From positions 40,734,001 to 40,798,000 of the forward strand of contig NC_042998.1 of NCBI RefSeq assembly GCF_006345805.1: 64,000 nucleotides of DNA. Direction: 5' to 3'. The notes beneath the pieces are model-generated. The model saw nothing but the letters and a program-made list of their open reading frames with translations, was not told where the DNA came from and did not search any database. The position numbers and the translations under genes were made by a program. The DNA comes from Octopus sinensis (lineage: Eukaryota). Shown here one piece after another: positions 25,576 through 37,361 of the stretch (positions are counted from its first letter, which is position 1; each line of letters begins with the position of its first letter).

Positions 25576-27569
25576 TATATATGGGTGTGTGTATATATAT
25601 AAGATATAGTGCTGTATAATATAATCACTTTAACATGCTTCACATACTGAAAACTGGACTGATAGATTTACAGCAGAGCAAATTATCACATCTCACAATC
25701 ATGTGTTGTTTCTTCTTTGAGTTGCAATGTTCTGAGATTTGATCTCACTTTGAATGTGAGTGGATAATTGTGCATGTATGTGTTTGTAGTATGTGTATGT
25801 CTATGGATTCGAATATCTATGTAGCTGAAGATATCTTTATATGTATGTTTTTATGCAAGTATATTTGCTTTTGTGAGCTGCATAGATTTCTGTCACTAGT
25901 CTTTATATATATGTTCGGTGAAGTAAAGGAAAGTTTTTATACTAAAACACATAAAAAGTCTATTTCTACAAAATCAATCATGTTACAGCTACACAATCCC
26001 ATTTATAGTATAGCACAGGAAAAAAAGGAAAAGTAATTATGTTCATATATAAAGTTCTGTATTTGAGTGTGTATGGCTTCCATTCTTTTACTTTATATGA
26101 TACTACCAAATGTATATTGGTGTGATATTCCTACATATATCTGTTATTCCCTAGTTATTCAAAACAACAAAAGTCCTGATTTTTACGCATGTTAAAGCAT
26201 TGACTCATAAGGAAACTGCATATGGATATGTGATGCATAAGAATGGTGACAACTAAGCGAAGAAGAGTCAAGTGATCAACTAGGAAGAAAATTGTGAAAA
26301 ACAAAGTCCAAAGATGGTGTCATGTATCTGATGTGTGTGCAAGTGTGTGTGTGTGTGTATGCGTTTGTGTGTATGTATGTGTGTGTGCTCGTGCGTGCAT
26401 GCATGTGTGTGTATATGTGTTTGAATGCATGCATGTCTGTATGCATGTGTATGTGTGTGTACGTGTGTGTGTGTGTACGTGTGTGTGTATGTGTAAAGAA
26501 AAGAAAAGATGAAAATGCACTGTAACAAAATCTATTGACGATTACTTAACCAGTTTTACAATACCAGTGTCTTTGAAAAGTAATGAAATATGGAGATTTC
26601 TGGGATTATATCATCATCATCATCATCATCATCGTCGTCGACGTCGTCATCATCATCATTTAATATTCATGTTTGACGCTGATATGGGTTGGACGATCTG
26701 ACAGGATCTGATGGATCCAAGGACTGCCTCATGCTCCAGTGTCTGCTTTGGGTTCCAGGGCTGGATTGCCTTCCTTATGCCAACCACCATATACTGTGTT
26801 CTATTTTCACACCACCAGTACTAGTAAGGTTGCTTTGCGGCTCACAGGACAACAAATCTTGAGGTGGTGGTGGTGGTGGTGGTGGTGGTGGTGGTGGTGG
26901 GGTTCCATGTTTGGAAATGAGAGTTTATAGTATTAGAGAAAGATTAAGAGCAGGCTCTTGTTATAGAAGGGTCATATGGCCAACATTATTTAGAAAAGTG
27001 GGTATGAATGATAGGGTGGAACTGCCAAAATATAAATAGTGGCTACATTGTATTCTGAATTTTTAATGGGTATTTATCACAGATCATCTGTGTGACAGTT
27101 CTTCATATCTGATTGATAGTGTTAGCTGTCAAAGTATGTTGGCTGTCTTAGCTTATGCAACCAAGTGAAACTAAGACAGTCAGCTTACTTTAAATGATAG
27201 CACCATCTGTCAAAAATGAAAAATTATCACACAGATTAGCTATAATAAACACCTATTGATAATCTAGAATACAGTTTAGCCACAAGGCTCACCCTGTTTC
27301 ATTACATTTGAAAATCAGTAGAATTGCAAAACTGGTTAAGAAATTGTAAATAAATTTTCTTGATGTACATTTTTAACTTTCCTTTATACTTCCATTATTG
27401 TGGAAAAGAAAAATTCTTATATACACATGCACACATGTATGTATGCATATGTATGTGTGTATATACATATATAGTGGAATAAAAAGCACCATTTGAGAGT
27501 GGTCAGTGCAAGTGCTGCTTGACTGAGCACATAAAAAAAATCCACTGCAGTAAAAAACATCCACTGTGA

Positions 27570-27690
27570 GTCAGAAGGCTGCACCAGGCTCAATCTGATC
27601 TGGCAAAGTTTTTACAGCTGGATGCCCTTCCTAACGCCAACCACTCTGAGAGTGTAGTGGGTTCTTTTATGTGCCACCTGCATGCATGCT
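27570..27690 (-). mobile_element. RTE 3'-terminal fragment
   Basis: CAGCTGGATGCCCTTCCTAACGCCAACCACTC is the reverse complement of the RTE tail motif. Confidence 0.8.
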
Positions 27691-27714
27691 CAGATAGAAT
27701 GAAAGAGGTATTGA

Positions 27715-28806
27715 CTCATACAAAGTTCGAAAACAGTTTCCAGTTCTTGTAGTGATGATGGTGGAGGATATCGAGTCTTTACTTGTTTTTCTAAAATGCA
27801 CCATAAATGTTCAATAATATTAAGATCTGGAGATTGTGGTGGCCAGATAAGATGTTCAACTTCACTAGAATGTTCCTCGTGCTTTAGCTGTGTGAATTGG
27901 TGCATCATCATCCTGAAAGGTTGCGTATCCATCCGGAAACAGTTCCACAACCATAAGATGAATTTGATGAGATAAAATGCTTAATAGTCTTGACTCTTAA
28001 TTCTGCCGTGAAGGGAAACCATTGGGCTGGCTGATTTTCAAGATATAGCTCCCTGAGATCATCACAGATCCTCCTCCATGTTTAACCATTAGAAGAAGGT
28101 AGTCTGGGTCAAATGCTTCTTTTGGCTGTCTCCACATGTATACTCGACTGGTGGTCAGAAATAAGGTAAAGGATGATTTGTCTGAGAAAATAACATTCTT
28201 CCACTGCTCTAGGAACCAATTCTGTAGGCTTCCACTCCACTCTAAACGCTTTGCAATGTTTGTTTTTGAAAGTAGTGGTTTTCTGATTACAGCCCTCCCA
28301 TGAAATCCAGTTTTGTGCAGCTCCTGGTGAACAGTTTTTGTGGAAATTGGGTTCTTGAGGTGGTCATTAAGCTCTGCAGTAATTTTGGGAGCTGTACTTT
28401 TGTGATCCTTTCTAAAAATTCATGGTCCCTATCTGAAAGATTTGGTTTTCTTCCAGACTTTTGTTTCTACAAAGAGGTTTTTTCCCCTCTTTCTCAAAGG
28501 CTGCCATTACTTTCAAGACAGTACTTCATGATACACCAAGCATTTCAGCTGTTTTCGTTACACTGGCGCCTGCCATTCAAGCACCAACAATTTGACCTCT
28601 TTGAAATTCTGATAAATCTGTCATTTTAATGGATTTTAATTACCTTTTTCTGATGATATCTGAAAAGAAACAGCAATTTTAGCAAAACATATAAAGCAAC
28701 ACTAATAATAAATCAAAAAAACATAAAAATAAACAAGCTTTAGATGGTTTTATAGATATTTCAAAAGTATGATGCTAGGTGTTTCCATTATTTTGCCCAA
28801 CCCCTG
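27715..28806 (-). mobile_element. Decayed Tc1-family DNA transposon (5' TIR present, 3' end lost)
   Basis: TIR CAGGGGTTGGGCAAAATAATGGAAACACC next to TA (28807-28808). ORF from 28624 reads MTDLSEFQRGQIVGA*MAGAS...WKNVIFSD...WPPQSPDLNIIEHLW with stops and frameshifts. Confidence 0.92.
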
Positions 28807-28948
28807 TATATATATTTATATATACACATACATACATACATATATTTAAAAGAAGAAAGAAAATGAACATACATATGTAAATATGGTTAATGAAAGAGAT
28901 GGAAGATAGTAAAATGAAACAACAGTTCAGTAACCCACCTACTAAGAT

Positions 28949-29583
28949 ATGCAAACTGCTTCCGGCTCAATAAATAGAAAAAGTAGCAAATATATACATC
29001 AAAATACTAAGAGAGGAGATGTAAACTGCAATGAAAAACACCCGATATGGCTACATTTTGATAGTAGCAATAATAACGATACAGCTAACACAGTAACAAC
29101 ATCAAAAAATGAAGTCAGAACTGCCATATATACAACTAAATATAATATATGCTCATGCAGAGAAAAATCAAGATGTCCATTGACGAACCTATGTATGAGA
29201 ACAAATCTTGTATATGAATGTACTGTGCACACAAGGGGAGGACTGTATGATCACATTGGGGCAAGGGCTGATTCATTCAAAAGTCATTATTGCAACCATG
29301 TTACCGCTTCAAGAAAATCAACAAGAGACATTCAACATCTTTGGCCAACTTTGTGTGGCAACTTAAGGAAGATAAAATTAAGTATAACATAACTTGGTCC
29401 ATAGTAAGGCATGCAAAACCATATAATATCGTTTCTAGGAGATGCCAACTTTGCTCCGAGGAATCCCAGTCTATTCTGTGGACCATTGAGAAGATCATTA
29501 ATAAAATTTCTGAAAGACTCTCAAGATGCTTACATGCAAATAAATGCACTCTTGGACAGTGCAGTGGGAATGTATTTGAGTAA
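28949..29583 (+). pseudogene. Penelope-like element GIY-YIG endonuclease remnant (frameshift near 29300)
   Basis: CSCREKSRCPLTNLC (CxCx5Cx5C), LVYECTV...DHIG...FKSHYCNH; then RHSTSLANFVWQLKE..ITWSIV..AKPY...CQLCSEE...IINKISE..SRCLH, the typical PLE C-terminal endonuclease pattern. No RT domain seen. Confidence 0.85.
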
Positions 29584-30264
29584 CCGTTAACCTAGTTAAT
29601 AATCATAATTCACCTTAAGGTATGGATGAATTAAATTTAGCTCCAACTTATCCTTTCTTATAAACATCGAGTAGCTGTTTAATTCACTATGTGAACGTAT
29701 GTGTGCCTAACCACACATGTGCATATGCTTATATCTTCATGGATACTTGTATGAGCGAGTGTTCATGTGCCATACAACCTACACAAGAGCATTTATGCAC
29801 CCATATCCTTTAATTAGTTATATTTAATACTGTTTTTGCTGTATTGTTATTCATTTCTTTTTTGCATCTGTTATTTTTTATTATTGATCTTCTACATATA
29901 TATGAAGCTATATCCTTTAATTTGCTGCTTTTCTTTACACAAGCTGAGAAGATACCTTGGGAAACAGTTGTTATTTTAACAAGTTATATCTAATTATCAA
30001 CCAAAGAGACACATCTACACCAATGAATGCACCTAAACCAGTTATTAAGTATCCCACCCATGAAGGATTGATGCTAAATGGGTTGAAACAACTGTAGTGA
30101 TTAATAAAAATGCTTGTATCTTCCATCTTCTGTCTCTCTCATTAACCAAATGCACAACAAACAGTGTGAAAGTGAACATGATTTACCAGTAAGCTACCGG
30201 GTATATACAATACGATTTATTATCTAACACATACACATACACACATATATATGATTTCAACAAG

Positions 30265-30870
30265 TCAACACCGACTTCTTCTGTCTCTAGCAAGTCAATT
30301 TTCTGAATTGCGCTCCGAATTTTTCCACCGTCTAGGCTTAAAAAAGCCCTAAACGTTGGTTTCCTTGTCCTGTTTTTATTATTTATGTGTACTACATTTT
30401 TATTTGTATTGCTTTTATTTGTATTGCTTTTATTTGTATTGTTCTTGTCACTTTTTTTCTGTTTTTACCCCTCTGCAAAACTATTTTATTTAATTCATTT
30501 TGCAGGAAGGACTGCTTCGGCCAGATCGTGTTCTGTCCTTACCTTCGAAACACGCATTGAGTCGAACCAGGGGCAGCTGATGAAGGGGAATATTCCTTGT
30601 ATTGTTTGTCTTGTACTCTGTTTTTTCGTTGTTAAAAAAAGTCCATTTCCTTGTTTGTTTTTATGTTTTCGTTTCTCGTTGTGTTCTACGTTTATTTGTG
30701 GTGTCCTGTACTCATATATATATATATATATATGCATGTATATATACATATAGATGTAGGTATGTACATATATGTATGTATGTATGCATATGTCTTACTT
30801 GTTAAATTGTTATTATATGACAGAGCGCCTCGCTTCGTTTCTTATCCTCCAAGTAAGTTTTTATTATATA
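30265..30870. other. Unclassified CpG-rich segment(s) between (TA)/(TACA) runs, probably young insertion(s)
   Basis: About 14 CpGs counted by eye in 30265-30712, against a CpG-poor background; U-rich ends abutting (TA)n; partial hammerhead-like words. Confidence 0.4.
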
Positions 30871-31009
30871 TATATATTGATAGGATATATACATTCATAC
30901 ATACATACACACGTGCATACATATATACATACATACTTACATACAAACATACATGCATGCATGCATGCATGCATACATACATACATACATACATACATAC
31001 ATACCTACA

Positions 31010-31059
<50 letters not shown>

Positions 31060-31060
31060 C

Positions 31061-32489
31061 ACAAATAACTACAGGGGCATCAAGCTGTTGGATCAGGTAA
31101 TGAAGGTTACGGAGAGGGTTATAGCCCAGTTAATTAGAGAGAGAGTTAGCTTAGATGATATGCAGTTTGGGTTCGTGCCAGGGAAAAGTACTACTGATGC
31201 TATATTCCTGGTAAGACAGCTGCAGGAGAAATACCTAGCCAAAGGTAAGCCCTTGTACCTGGCTTTTGTTGACTTAGAGAAAGCCTTTGACAGGGTCCCC
31301 CGATCCCTTATCTGGTGGTCAATGAGGAAACTAGGGATAGATGAATGATTAGTGAGAGCTGTGCGAGCCATGTACAGAGACGCAGCAAGTAAGGTGAGGG
31401 TTGGCAACGAGTACAGTGAAGAATTCCGGGTAGAGGTTGGGGTCCACCAAGGTTCAGTCCTCAGCCCCCTCCTATTTATCATAGTCCTCCAGGCAATAAC
31501 GGAAGAATTTAAGACAGGATGCCCCTGGGAGCTCCTATATGCTGATGACCTTGCTCTAATTGCTGAGTCACTATCAGAACTGGAGGAGAAGTTTCAGGTG
31601 TGGAAACAAGGATTAGAATCGAAGGGCCTTAGAATCAACCTAGCCAAAACCAAAGTCCTAATAAGTAGGAAGGTGGACCAACCACAAACGACTTCAGGTA
31701 GATGGCCCTGCTCGATCTGTAAAAAAGGTGTAGGTAGAAACTCTATAAGGTGCACCAAGTGTAAGCTATGGACACATAAGAGGTGCAGCAATGTCAAAGG
31801 AAGGCTAACTAAGAAAATAGTTTTTGTCTGTGGCAGATGCTCAGGAGAAATAAACACTGGAAATGTGCAGAGACCAACTTCTACCACGTTCCAGGGAGAC
31901 AAACTAGAAGTAGTTGATAGCTTCCGCTACCTAGGAGACCAAGTCAGTAGCGGGGGTGGGTGTGCTGAAAGTGTAACTGCTAGAGTAAGAATAGCCTGGG
32001 CAAAGTTTAGAGAGCTCTTACCCCTGCTGGTGACAAAAGGCCTCTCGCTAAGAGTAAAAGGCAGACTATATGATGCGTGTGTACGTACAGCCATGCTATG
32101 GTAGTGAAACATGGGCCGTGACAGCTGAGGATATGCGTAAGCTTGCAAGAAATGAAGCCAGTATGCTCCGATGGATGTGTAATGTCAGTGTTCATAATCG
32201 TCAGAGTGTAAGTACTTTGAGAGAAAAGTTGAACCTAAGAAGTGTCAGTTGTGGTGTGCAAGAGAGACGGCTGCGCTGGTATGGTCATGTGACGAGAATG
32301 GCTGAAGATAGTTGTGTGCAAAAGTGCTACACCCTAGCAGTTGAGGGAACCTGTGGAAGAGGTAGACCCAGGAAAACCTGGGACGAGGTGGTGAAGCACG
32401 ACCTTCGAACTTTAGGTCTCACCAAGGAAATGACTGAAGACCGAGTCCTATGGAAGTGTGCTGTGCATGAGAGGACCCGGCAGGACTAG
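31061..32489 (+). pseudogene. Young 5'-truncated RTE LINE reverse transcriptase ORF (one stop, one frameshift)
   Basis: NYRGIKLL, QFGFVPGKSTTDAIF, AFVDLEKAFDRVP, GVHQGSVLSPLLF, LLYADDLAL, a Cys-rich insertion, LRWYGHV and GRGRPRKTW. Stop at 31346-31348; frameshift near 32100. Confidence 0.95.
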
Positions 32490-34950
32490 TCAGGCCATAT
32501 CCCGTGGCCCCTACCTGGGACGTAGTCGATCCACCTGTGCATACCTCCTTCTTGTGACACTTTGAAGACCGGCTGAGGCAAGTGAAAATCAATCAAAATA
32601 GATGAACATCAATGGAATTTGTATCTTGTGGTACCAGTGCCTGTGGCACACAAGAAAACCATCCGAACGTGGCCGTAGCCAGTACCGCATCGACTGGCCT
32701 CCGTGCTGTGGGAACATGGTGGCACATAAAAAACCATCCGAAGACCCGGCAAGACTAGTCAGGTCATAACCCGTGGGCCCTACCTGGGACGTAGTCAGTC
32801 CACCTGTACATACCTTCCTTCTTGTGACACTTGTGAAGACCTGCTGAGGCAAGTGAAAATCAAATCAAATCAAAACAAATCAAAATAGATGAACAACAAT
32901 GGAATTTGTATCCTTGTGGTACCAGTGCCGGTGGCACACAAGAATCCATCCGAACGTGGCCGTAGTCAGTACCGCTTGTGGTACCAGTGCCGGTGGCACA
33001 CAAGAATCCATCCGAACGTGCCGTAGTCGTACCGCTTGTGGTACCAGTGCCGGTGGCACACAGAATCATCCGACGTGGCCGTAGTCAGTACCGCATCACT
33101 GGCCATCGTGCTGTGGGCACATAACAAACACCATCCGGTCGTGGCCGTTCGCCAGCCTCATCTAGCACCTGTGTCGGTGGCACATAAAAAGTAGTCAGTA
33201 CCGCTTGTGGTACCAGTGCCGGTGGCACACAAGAATCCATCAACATGGCCGTAGTCAGTACCGCTCATCTAGCACCTGTGTCGGTGGCACATAAAAAGTA
33301 GTCAGTACCGCTTGTGGTACCAGTGCCGTGGCACACAAGAATCCATCCGAACATGGCCGTAGTCAGTACCGCATCACTGGCCATCGTGCTGTGGGCATAA
33401 AACAACAAACCATCCGGTCGTGGCCGTTCACCAGCCTCATCTAGCACCTGTGTCGGTGGCACATAAAAACACCTTCCGAAGACCCGGCAAGACTAGTCAG
33501 GCCATAAACCATGGCCCCTACCTGGGACGTAGTCAGTCCACCTGTGCATACCTTCCTCCTTGTGATACTTGTGAAGGCCTGTTGAGGCAAGTGAAAATCA
33601 AAATCAAAATCAAATCAAAACAAATCAAAATAGATGAACATCAATGGAATTTGTATCTTTGTGGTACCAGTGCCGGTGGCACACAAGAGAAAACCATCCG
33701 AAAGTGGCCGCATCGACTGGCCTCCGTGCTGTGGGCACATGACAAACACCATCCGATCGTGGCCGTTCGCCAGCCTCATCTAGCACCTGTGTCGGTGGCA
33801 CATAAAAACACCATCCGAAGACCCGGCAAGACTAGTCAGGCCATAACCCATGGCCCCTACCTGGGACGTAGTCAGTCCACCTGTGCATACCTTCCTTCTT
33901 GTGACACTTGTGAAGACCTGTTGAGGCAAGTGAAAATCAAAACAAATCAAAATAGATGAACATCAATGGAATCTGTATCTTTGTGGTACCAGTGCCGGTG
34001 GCACACAAGAGAACCATCCGAACGTGGCCGTAGCCAGTTCCGCATCGACCGGCCTCCGTGCTGTGGGCACGTAACAAACACCATCCGATCATGGCCGTTC
34101 ACCAGCCTCATCTGGCACCTGTGTCGATGGCACATAAAAACACCTTCCGAAGACCCGGCAAGACTAGTCAGTCCACCTGTGCATACCTTCCTTCTTGTGA
34201 CACTTGTGAAGACCGGTTGAGGCAAGTGAAAATCAAAATCAAAATCAAAATAGACAAAATAGATGAACATCAATGGAATTTGTATCTTGTGGTACCAGTG
34301 CCTGTGGCACACAAGAAATCCATCAGTGCCGTAGTCAGTGCGGTGGGCACATGACAAACACCATCCGATCGTGGCCGTTCGCCAGCCTCATCTAGCACCT
34401 GTGTCGGTGGCACATAAAAACACCATCCGAAGACCCGGCAAGACTAGTCAGGCCATAACCCATGGCCCCTACCTGGGACGTAGTCAGTCCACCTGTGCAT
34501 ACCTTCCTTCTTGTGACACTTGTGAAGACCTGTTGAGGCAAGTGAAAATCAAAACAAATCAAAATAGATGAACATCAATGGAATTTGTATCTTTGTGGTA
34601 CCAGTGCCGGTGGCACGTGGCACATAAGAAAACCATCCGAACGTGGCCGTAGCCAGTACCGCATCGACTGGCCTCCGTGTTGTGGGCACGTAACAAGCAC
34701 CATCTGATCGTGGCCGTTTGCCAGCCTCATCTGGCACCTGTGTCGGTGGCACATAAAAACACCATCCGAGCGTGGCCGTCTGCCAGCCTCGTCTGGCACC
34801 TGTGTCGGTGGCACATAAAAACACCATCCGAGCGTGGCCGTCTGCCAGCCTCGTCTGGCACCTGTGTCGGTGGCACATAAAAAACACCATCCAAGCGTGG
34901 CCGTTTGCCAGCCTCGTCTGGCACCTGTGTCGGTGGCACATAAAATCACC
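32472..34950 (+). repeat. Tandemly expanded RTE 3' UTR (about six 270-340-bp units with nested ~45-60-bp subrepeats)
   Basis: The unit start GA(A/G)GACCCGGCA(A/G)GACTAGTC occurs at ~32472, 32741, 33478, 33818, 34149 and 34429; a ~60-bp module repeats at 34690-34950. Confidence 0.9.
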
Positions 34951-35095
34951 CACTACACTCTCGGAGTGGTTGGCGTTAGGAAGGGCATCCAGCTGTAGAA
35001 ACACTGCCAGATCTGACTGGACTGGTGCAGCTTTCGGGCTCCCCAGACCCCAGTTGAACCGTCCAACCCATGCTAGCATGGAAAGCGGACGTTAA

Positions 35096-35127
<32 letters not shown>
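34950..35127 (+). mobile_element. RTE 3' terminus with (GAT)n tail
   Basis: GGAGTGGTTGGCGTTAGGAAGGGCATCCAGCTGTAGAAAC ... GGACGTTAAAT(GAT)n. Confidence 0.9.
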
Positions 35128-35135
35128 ATATATAT

Positions 35136-35326
35136 GTCGCCATGATAGATCGGTAGCCACTGCACACATTTTTTTCTCTCCTTGTTTTTTTCTGTGTCCT
35201 TTCTGTAGAAGACCGTAGGCTCGAAACATAAAAGACTTTTTCTATTCCTGAGCATTATACTAATACATCTGTTTGTTTTATACACCACCTGTCTTCGTCT
35301 TTTGTTTTTTTCGTGAACTCTCCCCC
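35136..35326 (+). mobile_element. ~190-bp (TA)n-flanked element with a minimal type I hammerhead-like motif (35196-35236)
   Basis: GTCCTTT-CTGTAGA-A-GACC-GTAG-GCTC-GAAAC-ATA-AAAGAC: stem I arms pair and stem II is one substitution from GAGC/GCTC; (TA)n on both sides. Confidence 0.55.
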
Positions 35327-35373
35327 TATATATATATATCATACACACACACACTCACACACATACACACACA

Positions 35374-35411
<38 letters not shown>

Positions 35412-36011
35412 GGAAGCTAGAGGGAGTAAGAAAGAGGGTGTGGTAAGAGGAGCAATCTGCTTAATTTTTATATACACAAACTGTTTAACTGTCATATATA
35501 TATCTTTTACTCTGTAGACACTTCTAGAAAGTATCCACCTCCAACATACTAGTTTTCTCTGTAACATACATCATCATCATTATGCAAATCTATACACACA
35601 TTCAAGCACATATCAATATCTTGTTGTAATATATGTAAGTATTAATTTTCAGCATCTGAATGTGCTTCAGCTTCAAGTAACTCAGAGAATATTATGCTGC
35701 TACACTTTATCCCCACCAATTTTATTGACTGGCTAAACTCTTCTTTGCAGATCATAATAATTTTTGTTCCATTACCCTTAGTCTCACCTTCCACTATAAT
35801 GACATATATGTAAGGCTTGCAACATTTTATATTTCTCCAATAATTTTATAGATCTGTTATAACATGTAACCAGTATAACTAGGTAACTTTTATCTTTGAT
35901 AGTTTTCTATATGAATGACATGCTTTCAAGTATTGTACCATTGGTTATTTTTCATAGAATTGTAATGTGATATATTTGTATAAATGTTACTTGCTTATAT
36001 GCAAATACTGT

Positions 36012-36048
<37 letters not shown>

Positions 36049-36997
36049 ACAACATCATCATCATACATGAATAATCATTTCTCTCACCTATAAGATGAAT
36101 TCTGTTACTACATGCATTTCTTTCAAGTTGTTATGCAATTTCTATTCTTTTCAAAAACTATATACACACACTTTCAATCTCAATGGTTAAATACATTCAA
36201 TCACACACTTGTATACACACATAGAAATACATATGTATTTGTGTGTGTGTGTTATATTGATGAAACTCCTAGCAGTTTCACAGATAGCTTAAAATGTAAC
36301 TCCATGGTAGTTTACTATACAAATATTTTGCTAAATCGCAAAAGAAAACAGCAAAGAGTGACACCAAATTCTCAATAACAACAGACAAGCAACACAGAAA
36401 GATTGTGGATACAAAATAATTTCAAAATTAGACACAGACAATGGGTGGAACATGATGTTTGAGGCCTTACAACAGTAATAGACTCAAAGATGAAATGTAA
36501 AATCTATCAGTCAATTAGAATGTAATTTCACATAGCATCATGTAGCATTTATATCTACTATCTATTCAAATCAAGGCCATGCTGGCATGGCCACAGTCAT
36601 TGGACTGAAACATATAAACGAATAAAATAATATATATATATATACACACATGAATTTCAAAATCAAGTCTTAATAATACTTGAAACACAAACATTTTTCA
36701 TATTATTGTAGCAGAGTTTCAAAGATAGAGAGTTTGAAGAAAAAAAGTGAACTGTAAACTTAAAAAACTAAACAAATTATATTTTAATGCTTTACTAAAC
36801 ATATCAAGTTTTCCAATATGACATATTTAAAGACGAATTTGCCAATTAATCATGCTGCTTTGATCAAGAAGGAGAGTTAAATACCTTAATTCAATAAAGA
36901 CATATCAAGCATTGATCTACAAACTTATATCTAATTCCATAATCCACTAACTTCCTTTACATTTAATATATAATTCAATAATTCCTTTAATTTTTAA

Positions 36998-37361
36998 TAG
37001 GTGCAAGATGGGCTGAGTGTTAAGAAGTTTACTTCCCAAATATGTGGTTCCAGGTTCATACCCATTGTATGGTACCCTGGGCAAGTGTCTTCTACTATAG
37101 CCTCTGACTGACCAAAACCTTGTGAGTGGATTTGGTAGATGGAAACTGAAAGGAACTCATCGTATATATGAGTGTGTATGTGTATGTGTATGTGTGCTTG
37201 TCCCCCACCACTACTTGGCAACCAGTGTTGGTGTGTTTATGTCCCTGTACCTTAACAGAAACCTATTTTTTAAAAATAGGTGCTGAGATTGATTCGTTTA
37301 ACTAAAATTCTTCAAGTACCCAGCATGGCTGCAGTCTAAAGACTGAAGCAAGTAAAAGATA
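36998..37361 (+). mobile_element. Older SINE family A
   Basis: Degenerate head, CCTGGGCAAGTGTCTTCTACTATAGCC core, internal microsatellite and AAGTAAAAGA tail. Confidence 0.85.

Noticed and set aside
33580-33600. CTGTTGAGGCAAGTGAAA as a hammerhead core in the RTE UTR unit
   Set aside because: No pairable stem II or III, and the core varies among units (CTGCTGA, CGGCTGA).
32472-34950. CRISPR-like appearance of the repeat array
   Set aside because: Eukaryotic LINE UTR; the units repeat in full with no unique spacers and no cas genes.
32589-35095. Many overlapping ORFs in the UTR array
   Set aside because: A by-product of GC-richer tandem repeats downstream of the RT stop codon.
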